Below, piece after piece: positions 9,303 through 16,980 of a DNA stretch of 37,624 bases. Both the position numbers and the translations under genes were made by a program. Within the stretch, counting starts at the first letter, position 1. Every line of letters starts with the position of its first letter. Origin of the DNA: Acidobacteriota bacterium (GTDB lineage Bacteria; Acidobacteriota; UBA4820; DSQY01); assembly GCA_037384885.1 (NCBI GenBank), contig JARRNO010000066.1:1-37624 (forward strand). The letters are read 5' to 3'. Below the pieces are notes generated by a model that was not told where the DNA came from, made no database searches, and was given only the letters and a program-made list of their open reading frames with translations.

Positions 9303-9456
9303 CTCAGATCCCTCCACTACTCTATTTTATACCGAATCACGCCGGTGTCAGGGAAAATCGGCGCCGCCGGAGGAGCGCGGCGAATTGCCCCGCCGCCCGG
9401 TGTGGGGGATAATTCCCGCCCTCTTGTGATATCTTAACATCCCGGAGGTTTTACAG

Positions 9457-10493
9457 ATGTTGACAGCCGTCAAAGGCACTCAGGACTTGTATTTTCCAGA
9501 CATCAGACGGTGGCAGCGTCTCGAACGGGCCGCAAGAGCGGTCTTCGAGCGCTACGGCTTTGCGGAAATCCGCACGCCGGTTCTAGAGCACACGGAGCTT
9601 TTCGTGCGCGGAATCGGGGATGAAACGGACATCGTGTCGAAGGAAATGTATACCTTCAACGACAAAAAGGGGCGCAGCCTGACACTGCGTCCCGAGAACA
9701 CGGCCGGCGTGGTGAGGGCGATCGTCGAGCACCGCCTTTTTGAATCGCCCACGCACGCGCGGCTTTATTACATCGGGCCCCAGTTCCGGTACGAGCGCCC
9801 GCAGAAAGGCCGCCACCGGCAGTTCCACCAGATCGGAATGGAGGTGATCGGAGAAGAGGCGCCCGGCTGTGATGCGGAAGGGATCACCCTCGCCGCGGAC
9901 CTGCTGCGGGACGTGGGGATCGACCGGGTGCTCGTGGGACTGAATTCGGTGGGGTGTCCCAATTGCCGGCCCGGATACGTGGCGCGTTTGAAGGAAGCGC
10001 TGGCCGGGGAAAGCGGCGCACTTTGTTCGGACTGCCGGAGGCGGCTTGAGACCAATCCGCTCCGCGTACTGGACTGCAAAGTCCCTTCGTGCCAGCCCAT
10101 TCTCGACAAGGCTCCCCGTTTTCCCGATCACCTTTGTGATGAATGCGCCGGGCACTTCGCCGGGCTGAAATCCGCCCTTCACACCTTGGGCGTTCCCTTC
10201 GAGGAGAAGCACCGGATGGTGAGAGGGCTCGATTACTACACGCGGACGGTCTTTGAAATCACGAGCGGATCGCTCGGCGCGAGGCAGACCTTCCGGTGGT
10301 GCTGGAACACTCCGAGCGTTCTTTCAAATCTTCCTTCAAACGGGCCGACAGGATCGGAACCCGATGGACGCTCGTGCTGGGGGAAAACGAAGTGGCCGAG
10401 GGCCGGTATGCGTTGAAAGACATGGAATCGGGGCGGCAGGAATCGTTCCCGCTGCCCGAGCTTATCCGCCGCTTGAAGGAGGCCGGGGCATGA
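9457..10493 (+). pseudogene. hisS: histidyl-tRNA synthetase with an internal deletion plus frameshift
   Basis: Frame 1 gives a normal HisRS N-terminus and motifs 1 and 2 (SLTLRPENTAG, FRYERPQKGRHRQFHQ) through GLDYYTRTVFEITSGSLGA at about 10281, then becomes nonsense. The conserved C-terminal end (ERSFKSSFKRADRIGTRWTLVLGENEVAEGRYALKDMESG) resumes in another frame from about 10296. That frame ends in an ATGA overlap with aspS. Motif 3 (GGGRYD...GFA.G.ER) and most of the anticodon-binding domain are absent. Confidence 0.8.
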
Positions 10494-12328
10494 CGCTCGG
10501 AGATCGCACCCATTACTGCGGCGACGTAACGGCGGAGCTTGTCGGCTCGGAAGTGCTGCTCAAGGGATGGGTCCGCCGGCGGCGCGACCTCGGCAGTCTC
10601 GTGTTTGTGGACTTGAGAGACCGCGAGGGTATTGTCCAGCTCACCTTTTCCCAGGATTCCAGGCCCGATCTCTTCGCCCTGGCGAAGACATTGAGGCCCG
10701 AATTTGTCATCGAGGCGGCGGGAAAGGTCAGACGCCGGAGCGACCGCGACGTCAACCCGCAGATGAAGACGGGGGAGGTGGAGGTGGACGCGGAGAGGCT
10801 TGAAATCCTTTCCGAGTCCGAAACGCCGCCATTCGCGGTCGAAGACGCGGTGGCTGTGAGCGAGGAGCTGCGCCTTCAGTACCGCTATCTTGATCTCCGG
10901 CGCCCCGTCCAAAATTCCCGCATCATCGCCCGCCACAAGCTGGCCATGAGAGCCCGGCGGTGCCTGTCGGAAAAAGGCTTCGTCGAAATCGAAACGCCGT
11001 TCCTGACGCGGTCCACGCCGGAAGGCGCCCGGGATTTTCTCGTGCCCAGCCGGATGCGGCCGGGCGATTTCTACGCGCTGCCGCAGTCCCCGCAGCTTTT
11101 CAAACAGCTCTCCATGGTGGCGGGGTTCGACAAATACTTTCAGGTGGCGAGGTGCTTCCGCGACGAGGACCTCCGGGCCGACCGCCAGCCGGAATTTACG
11201 CAGATCGACGTGGAAATGAGCTTTCCCACCGAAGACGGCGTGATGCGCCTGGCGGAAGACCTGGTGGACGATCTGTTCGAGGAGGCGGGGCGTCAGCGCC
11301 ACGGAGAGGTCCCCCGGCTGACCTACGACCAGGCCATGGAGCGTTACGGCACCGACAAGCCGGACACCCGTTTCGGTCTCGAACTGAAGACCGTGTCGGA
11401 CATCGCTTCGAAAACATCTTTTCGCGTGTTTCGATCGGTTTTGGAATCGGGCGGTTCAGTGCGAGGCCTGTGCGTTCCCGGTAAGGCGGGCCTGTCTCGA
11501 AAAGACCTGGATGCATTGAACGACGTTGTGAAGCCCTTCGGTGGAAAAGGCGTGGTGAGCCTGTCGCGCCGGGACGGAACCGCAGCGGGTGCCGTAGTGA
11601 AGCACCTGGGCGAATCGTACGCCGCGGCTTTGCTCGACGCCGTCGGGGCCGGAGAGGGCGACCTGGGCCTCTTCGTAGCGGCGTCCTACGAGACCGCGTG
11701 CGCGTGCCTGTCGGCTCTCCGGCTCCACTTTGCGCGGCAGCTCGAACTGACGGGCCAGAAGCGCCTGGATCTGGTGTGGGTCAACCGGTTTCCCGCCTTC
11801 GAATGGGACGAGGATGACAACCGGTGGGTGGCGCGGCACCATCCCTTCACCATGCCGCGGCCCGAGCAATGGGGCTGGCTTGAAAGCGATCCGGGCAAGG
11901 TCGAAGCAATGGCCTACGACCTGGTCCTGAACGGGAATGAAATCGCCGGCGGGTCCATCCGCATCCACCGGCGTGATGTCCAGGAAAGGGTGTTCGCCGC
12001 TCTCGGGTTTACCCGTGAGGCGGCCCGGGAGAAATTCGGATTTCTCCTCGATGCGTTCCGTTACGGGACACCTCCGCACGGAGGGATCGCCTTCGGCTTC
12101 GACCGGCTGGTCATGCTTCTGCTGGGCTGCGAATCCATCCGCGATGTCATCCCCTTTCCCAAGACGACGTCGGGACTTTGCTTGATGACCGGTTCGCCCG
12201 CTCAGGTGGATAGAAAACAGTTGGAAGACCTTCACCTCCGTGTGGAACCCAGGAAAAGGGAAGCGGCGGAAGGTGCTTCCTCCGTTTCCGGGGAGGTCGA
12301 AAATGATAAAGGGGACACCGGCCGGTAA
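10490..12328 (+). CDS. aspS: aspartyl-tRNA synthetase (bacterial type)
   Basis: 612 aa starting MTLGDRTHYCGDV. Contains LLKGWVRRRRDLGSLVFVDLRDREGIVQ (OB fold), FRDEDLRADRQPEFTQID (motif 2), and GGIAFGFDRLVMLL (motif 3). ATG at 10490 follows GAAGGAGG. Confidence 0.93.
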   Translation: MTLGDRTHYCGDVTAELVGSEVLLKGWVRRRRDLGSLVFVDLRDREGIVQLTFSQDSRPDLFALAKTLRPEFVIEAAGKVRRRSDRDVNPQMKTGEVEVDAERLEILSESETPPFAVEDAVAVSEELRLQYRYLDLRRPVQNSRIIARHKLAMRARRCLSEKGFVEIETPFLTRSTPEGARDFLVPSRMRPGDFYALPQSPQLFKQLSMVAGFDKYFQVARCFRDEDLRADRQPEFTQIDVEMSFPTEDGVMRLAEDLVDDLFEEAGRQRHGEVPRLTYDQAMERYGTDKPDTRFGLELKTVSDIASKTSFRVFRSVLESGGSVRGLCVPGKAGLSRKDLDALNDVVKPFGGKGVVSLSRRDGTAAGAVVKHLGESYAAALLDAVGAGEGDLGLFVAASYETACACLSALRLHFARQLELTGQKRLDLVWVNRFPAFEWDEDDNRWVARHHPFTMPRPEQWGWLESDPGKVEAMAYDLVLNGNEIAGGSIRIHRRDVQERVFAALGFTREAAREKFGFLLDAFRYGTPPHGGIAFGFDRLVMLLLGCESIRDVIPFPKTTSGLCLMTGSPAQVDRKQLEDLHLRVEPRKREAAEGASSVSGEVENDKGDTGR

Positions 12329-13535
12329 AGGGACCGGCTGTCATGTGACCCTCGGCGTCAGCGCGGGGATCAGCATCTACAAGTCCTGCGACCTGGTGCG
12401 AAGGTTGATTGAGCGTGGATGCGACGTCAAGGTCGTTATGACCGCCCATGCGACGCGGATGATCGGGCCCGTGACGTTCCAGGCCCTTTCCCGCAACCCC
12501 GTGATCACAAGCCTTTTTGAGGGTTCGGGAGATCCCACCATCGCACACATCGAACTCGCGAAATGGGAAGATCTGCTGCTCGTGGCGCCGGCGACGGCCA
12601 ACGTTCTGGCCAAGTTCGCGCGGGGTGTGGCGGACGACTTCCTGAGCACCCACTATCTTGCATCCACCTCACCGGTGCTGCTGGCCCCGGCGATGAACGG
12701 GAACATGTGGCGGCATCCCGCGACACGGGAAAACCTGGATATTCTGAAAGCGAGGGGGCATAAGATTCTTTCGCCCGGAGAAGGGAGCTTGGCCTGCGGC
12801 GACGTGGACGAGGGGCGCCTGCCCGAGCCCGCGGCAATCGCCGACGAAGCCCTCGCGCTCCTCTCTCCATCCGCGCAAAAGGGGAACCTGGCGGGAAAGC
12901 GGGTCCTGGTGACCGCAGGGCCAACCCGGGAACCCCTCGACGCGGTCCGCTTTCTCACCAACCGGTCGTCGGGAAAGATGGGATACGCCATGGCGGCTGC
13001 GGCCGCGAATCGTGGAGCGGACGTTACCGTGATCTCGGGCCCCGTTGCGCTTTCCCCCCCGGTGGGGGTTCGCACCATCCGCGTGGAGACAGCCGCAGAA
13101 ATGGGAACTGCCTTGGGAGGTGAATTTCCCCAATGCGACATCCTGGTCATGGCGGCGGCCGTGGCGGACTACAAACCGGCCGCGGCTTCCGCAGGAAAAA
13201 GAAAAAAGGACGGGACCGAATGGATGGTTCAGCTTCAGGAGAATAAGGATCTCGTGCAGGCGGTGGGGAAACTTAAGAAACCCGGCCAGTTCATCTGCGG
13301 GTTCGCGGCCGAAACAGACCTGCTGCACGAAAATGCACGCGCCAAGCTGAAGAAGAAGAATATGGACCTGATCGCAGCGAACGATGTTTCGCGAGAAGAT
13401 GTGGGATTCGATTCAGATCGCAACGAGCTGGTCCTGTTCTGGCCGGACGGCCGCGAGGAGGCCCTGCCCCCTGCCGCCAAGCGGGTCTGCGCCGAAGCGG
13501 TTTGGGACCGTATCGTGGAGTCGCTGCATGAATAG
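12303..13535 (+). CDS. coaBC: bifunctional phosphopantothenoylcysteine decarboxylase / phosphopantothenate-cysteine ligase
   Basis: 410 aa. Flavoprotein N-domain (LGVSAGISIYKSCDLVRRL, LLAPAMNGNMW) and a CoaB C-domain (VLVTAGPTREPLDAVRFLTNRSSGKMG, AAAVADY). A GTG at 12345 is an alternative start. Confidence 0.88.
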   Translation: MIKGTPAGKGTGCHVTLGVSAGISIYKSCDLVRRLIERGCDVKVVMTAHATRMIGPVTFQALSRNPVITSLFEGSGDPTIAHIELAKWEDLLLVAPATANVLAKFARGVADDFLSTHYLASTSPVLLAPAMNGNMWRHPATRENLDILKARGHKILSPGEGSLACGDVDEGRLPEPAAIADEALALLSPSAQKGNLAGKRVLVTAGPTREPLDAVRFLTNRSSGKMGYAMAAAAANRGADVTVISGPVALSPPVGVRTIRVETAAEMGTALGGEFPQCDILVMAAAVADYKPAAASAGKRKKDGTEWMVQLQENKDLVQAVGKLKKPGQFICGFAAETDLLHENARAKLKKKNMDLIAANDVSREDVGFDSDRNELVLFWPDGREEALPPAAKRVCAEAVWDRIVESLHE

Positions 13536-14283
13536 CGACGAACGGGTACGCCAGCTCCGATTGCGAGCCGATTACCTGAAGCAGGAGGGACTTGACTACG
13601 CGCTCGACCCTCCCCGCGCCGATTTGGCGGCGACGGATCGCCGCCCGGAGCCACGGAAGGCCAACGCTTCTATCTCTCCGGACCACAAGAGACCCGGCGA
13701 CGCGGCCGGGGATGAAGCCGCCGCTCTCGAGGCTGTTCGGGAGCGGCTCGGTGACTGCAAGAGGTGTCCGCTCCACCAAGGCCGGACGAATCTGGTGTTT
13801 GGAGTGGGGGCTCCCCATGCCCGCCTGATATTTGTGGGTGAAGGCCCCGGCGCTGACGAGGACGCCCAGGGAGTTCCCTTTGTGGGGCGTGCGGGCCGTC
13901 TCCTGACGGACATCATCACCAAGGGAATGGGACTGCGGCGCGAGGATGTCTACATCGCCAACGTGGTGAAATGCCGTCCGCCGAAAAACCGCAACCCTCT
14001 GCCGGAGGAAATGGCAACGTGTTTCCCCTTTCTCGATGCCCAGATTCAGGCGATCCGGCCCGAGGTCATTGTGGCCCTCGGCAAAATCGCGGCGTCCGCC
14101 CTCATGGGCTACGACGTTCCCATCATGAAGATGCGAGGCTGTTGGCAGGATTACAAAGGCGTTGCCCTGATGCCTACCCTCCACCCGAGCTATCTGTTGC
14201 GCAACCCCAAGGCCAAGCGCGATGTCTGGGAAGATGTCCAGCTGGTGCTGCAGCGGTTGAACCTGCCGGTCCCCACAAAATAA
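13528..14283 (+). CDS. uracil-DNA glycosylase, family 4
   Basis: CKRCPLHQGRTNLVFGVG, IFVGEGPGADEDAQGVPFVGRAG, ANVVKCRPPKNRNP, and HPSYLLR. ATG at 13528 overlaps the coaBC 3' end by 8 nt. Confidence 0.88.
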   Translation: MNSDERVRQLRLRADYLKQEGLDYALDPPRADLAATDRRPEPRKANASISPDHKRPGDAAGDEAAALEAVRERLGDCKRCPLHQGRTNLVFGVGAPHARLIFVGEGPGADEDAQGVPFVGRAGRLLTDIITKGMGLRREDVYIANVVKCRPPKNRNPLPEEMATCFPFLDAQIQAIRPEVIVALGKIAASALMGYDVPIMKMRGCWQDYKGVALMPTLHPSYLLRNPKAKRDVWEDVQLVLQRLNLPVPTK

Positions 14284-14285
14284 GC

Positions 14286-14320
14286 GCCCCGCTGGCCTGA
14301 AGCGGTGCTCCTGTTTTTTT
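14286..14320 (+). terminator. candidate intrinsic terminator of the hisS-aspS-coaBC-UDG operon
   Basis: GCCCCGCT-ggcctga-AGCGGTGC forms an 8-bp stem with one mismatch. It is followed by TCCTG and then a T7 run, 3 nt after the UDG stop. Confidence 0.4.
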
Positions 14321-14339
14321 CGCCGGACCTGCCCGGTAC

Positions 14340-14376
14340 GGGGAAAAGAAAAGCGGCAATCAACGCATGCCGCTTT
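14340..14376 (-). terminator. intrinsic terminator, minus strand
   Basis: Perfect 9-bp stem AAAGCGGCA/TGCCGCTTT (14350-14376) with a 9-nt loop. On the minus strand it is followed by TTTTCTTTTCCCC. Confidence 0.6.
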
Positions 14377-14382
14377 ACGTGC

Positions 14383-14574
14383 TTATTGCTGGCGCGTGTA
14401 CGGCGAGGCGGGTTCAGCTTCTCCGCCCGGCGCCGGACCGTCCAGCGAACCGTGAAAAGGAGGATGAATGGCCGCCCTCGACCTTGAAGAGCCCGTGGGG
14501 TGATAGCCGGGTGCGGGAATTCTTTTGGATTTTACAGGCAATGCTCGACGCACATAGGGAATGGCTTTCTTCAT
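14383..14574 (-). CDS. hypothetical 63-aa basic, Pro-rich protein (doubtful)
   Basis: The ATG is preceded by GGAGAGGTGA at 6-nt spacing, and the stop lies 6 nt before the 14350-14376 terminator hairpin. Against it: Pro/Gly/Arg-rich composition, lower third-position GC than neighbouring genes, and no motif I recognise. Confidence 0.2.
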   Translation of the reverse strand: MKKAIPYVRRALPVKSKRIPAPGYHPTGSSRSRAAIHPPFHGSLDGPAPGGEAEPASPYTRQQ

Positions 14575-14707
14575 GGAACGTCACCTCTCCAGGCCTGCCG
14601 GGTTGCCGACGGCCTCGTGAAACAGCGAGTCCGGTCAACTCTTGGCTTTCGAAGTTCAGGGCGGCGCTCGCGTCGCCCTGGGAAGGGCTTCGGAAACGAA
14701 TTGTGAA

Positions 14708-15484
14708 TTATGCACTTGATAGCGTGAATTTTCTCGACCTCCGCAACGTGCTCTCAAAATATAGGGACGTCCCCGCCGGATTGTCAAGTTTAGATAAAGC
14801 CATGCTTGTCAGCAGGTTGCGGATGTCGTCATTGGAAGCCCGCCGGCGGGTCGTTTCCTTTTCTGTGATTCGGCCTGGAGACGGTTTGGGGGAATTGCAG
14901 AAAGCCCGGGGCGGCGGCGATCCGCCCCGGGCCTTGTTCGGAGGCAGTCCCTGGGCTTCCAGGGAAGCCCGGGCCAGCCCGCGGATGACGATTTTTCTGT
15001 CCTGGTTCTCGTCCTGCAGAGTCCGTTCCGCACGCCTGTCGCTCAGAGCGCCGCGGGGTGACAGGAGCCCGTTGTTGGCTTCACCCGCCTGGCCGGACTT
15101 GAGCAGGGCCCGGACCCTGTCCTTTCTGCCGATGAGGCGCCGAAAGGCTTCCAGCACGTTCGGCATGTTCTTGATCTGGTGGTAGATTTGTCCTTTCCCG
15201 ACGCGGTCCTGCGCGTAAGCGACCCGGGGGGACAACCAATTCGAGGTCTTTTCCGCCCTGGGCGGCGTGCCGCCTTCTTTCTGCGGCGTCTTTTGCTCGC
15301 CGGGTTTTTTCTCCTGGGTTCCAGCGGGTTTTTGACCGGGCTGCTGCGCGCTTCCCTTTGACAGGTCCTGTTCCAGCATATCCAGCGCACCCTTTGCGGC
15401 CGCCTCGGGGAAATACACGTTGACGACCACGTGGAGGCAGGCAACCGTCGCAATAATCAGCGTAACAGCTGCGAGTTTCTTCAT
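14708..15484 (-). CDS. secreted DUF1318 / YdbL-like protein with a long low-complexity linker
   Basis: Signal-like N-terminus MKKLAAVTLIIATVAC and a Lys/Pro/Gln-rich linker, followed by a YdbL-type core (RKDRVRALLKSGQAGEANNGLL...LQDENQDRKIVIRGLA). GGGAGG lies before the ATG, 45 nt downstream of the glnA stop. Confidence 0.55.
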   Translation of the reverse strand: MKKLAAVTLIIATVACLHVVVNVYFPEAAAKGALDMLEQDLSKGSAQQPGQKPAGTQEKKPGEQKTPQKEGGTPPRAEKTSNWLSPRVAYAQDRVGKGQIYHQIKNMPNVLEAFRRLIGRKDRVRALLKSGQAGEANNGLLSPRGALSDRRAERTLQDENQDRKIVIRGLARASLEAQGLPPNKARGGSPPPRAFCNSPKPSPGRITEKETTRRRASNDDIRNLLTSMALSKLDNPAGTSLYFESTLRRSRKFTLSSA

Positions 15485-15529
15485 TCGATCCTCCCGTGCA
15501 GCGGGCGGAGCGGGACCATCCGTCCGGGT

Positions 15530-16942
15530 CTATATGTCGTAATACAGCGCGAATTCATACGGGTGAGGCCTGAGGTTGATTTCCATGACCTCCCGGTGGC
15601 GCTTGTAATCGATCCAGGTCTCAAGAAAATCTTCCGTGAAGACGTCGCCCCGCAAGAGGAATTCATGGTCTCTCTCGAGTTCGTCCAGGGCCTCTTCCAG
15701 GCTGCCCGGCATGACGGGAATTTCTTTAAGCTCCTCGGGGGGCAGGCCGTAAAGGTCCTTGTCGAGAGCGGGCCCGGGATCGATCCTGTTGAGGATCCCG
15801 TCCAGGCCGGCCATGAGCTGTGCGGCGAGCGCGAGGTAAGGATTGCAGGACGGATCCGGAGGCCGGAACTCAAGCCGCTTGGCCTTTGGGTTCTCCGTGT
15901 ATAGCGGAATCCGGATGGCGGCGGAGCGATTTCTCCGGCTGTAGGCGAGGTTGACGGGCGCTTCGAAGCCCGGCACCAGCCGCTTGTACGAGTTCGTGGT
16001 GGGAGCGATAACCGCAGCGAGCGCCCGCGCGTGCTTGAGCAGGCCGCCCAGGTAGTAGAGGGCGGTCTGGGAAAGCCCCGCGTACTCACCGCCGGCGAAG
16101 AGCGGTTCACTGCCTTTCCAGAGGCTCTGATGGGTGTGCATCCCGGAGCCGTTGTCTCCGAAAACGGGCTTGGGCATGAAGGTTGCGGTTTTTCCGTGGC
16201 GCAGTGCGGTGTTTTTGACCACGTACTTGAATTTCATCAGCGCGTCCGCCGTCTTGACCATGGTGTCGAACCGGATGTCGATTTCGGACTGTCCCGCGGT
16301 GGCCACCTCATGATGGTGGGCTTCCACCGTCAGACCGACAGACTGCATGATCCGGACCATCTCACTTCTCAGGTCATGAAGAGAGTCCGTGGGCGGGACG
16401 GGGAAATACCCTTCCTTGTAACGGGGCTTGTAGCCCAGGTTCGGGTTTTCTTCGCGCCCGCTGTTCCAGCGGCCTTCCGTGGAATCTACGAAATAGTAAC
16501 CGGCTTGCGCATTCTGGTCGAACCGGATGTCGTCGAAAACGAAAAATTCCGCTTCACACCCAAAGTAGGCGGTGTCGGCGATTCCCGTGGACAGGAGAAA
16601 CTGGGTAGCCTTGAGCGCGATATTCCTGGGATCCCTGTTGTAGGGTTCATGGGTAACCGGGTCCATGATGTTGCAGATCATCGTCAGCGTCGGCTGGGCG
16701 AAAAACGGATCGACAAAAGCCGTCTCCGGGTCGGGGATGACGATCATGTCGCTTTCATGGATGGAACGCCAGCCGCGTATGGATGAACCGTCGAATCCGA
16801 CGCCCTCCGTGAAGGCGCTTTCGCTGAAGACGTCGGCCGGGATCGTGAAATGCTGCCAGAGTCCCGGAAGATCCATGAAGCGAAGATCGACCATTTTTAT
16901 GCCTTCGGACTTTATCATCTCCATAACACGTGTACTGTCCAT
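15530..16942 (-). CDS. glnA: glutamine synthetase type I
   Basis: 470 aa from the ATG at 16942, with GGAG 9 nt upstream. Contains [64 protein letters not shown] and a Tyr in [10 protein letters not shown]. Confidence 0.95.
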   Translation of the reverse strand: MDSTRVMEMIKSEGIKMVDLRFMDLPGLWQHFTIPADVFSESAFTEGVGFDGSSIRGWRSIHESDMIVIPDPETAFVDPFFAQPTLTMICNIMDPVTHEPYNRDPRNIALKATQFLLSTGIADTAYFGCEAEFFVFDDIRFDQNAQAGYYFVDSTEGRWNSGREENPNLGYKPRYKEGYFPVPPTDSLHDLRSEMVRIMQSVGLTVEAHHHEVATAGQSEIDIRFDTMVKTADALMKFKYVVKNTALRHGKTATFMPKPVFGDNGSGMHTHQSLWKGSEPLFAGGEYAGLSQTALYYLGGLLKHARALAAVIAPTTNSYKRLVPGFEAPVNLAYSRRNRSAAIRIPLYTENPKAKRLEFRPPDPSCNPYLALAAQLMAGLDGILNRIDPGPALDKDLYGLPPEELKEIPVMPGSLEEALDELERDHEFLLRGDVFTEDFLETWIDYKRHREVMEINLRPHPYEFALYYDI

Positions 16943-16980
16943 TCGCCCGGCTCCAATAATTAGGGGGGAGACCCCCGGGG

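Noticed and set aside
7854-9437. 527-aa plus-strand ORF antisense to the PLP enzyme gene
   Set aside because: The translation is low-complexity and Gly/Arg/Val-rich with no recognisable domain. The minus strand carries unmistakable Cys/Met PLP-enzyme motifs, including the SLTK lysine.
10259-11302. 347-aa minus-strand ORF antisense to aspS
   Set aside because: It is a shadow ORF. aspS motifs 2 and 3 are on the plus strand, and the antisense translation has no features.
14284-14707. Possibility that the gap encodes tmRNA, RNase P RNA, SRP RNA or a tRNA
   Set aside because: I searched both strands by eye for GGAAAGUCCGGGC (RNase P), the tmRNA 5' GGGG and 3' T-arm with CCA, the SRP GGAAGCAGCC loop, and the GGUUCGAAUCC T-loop. 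None was present. 6S RNA cannot be excluded by eye.
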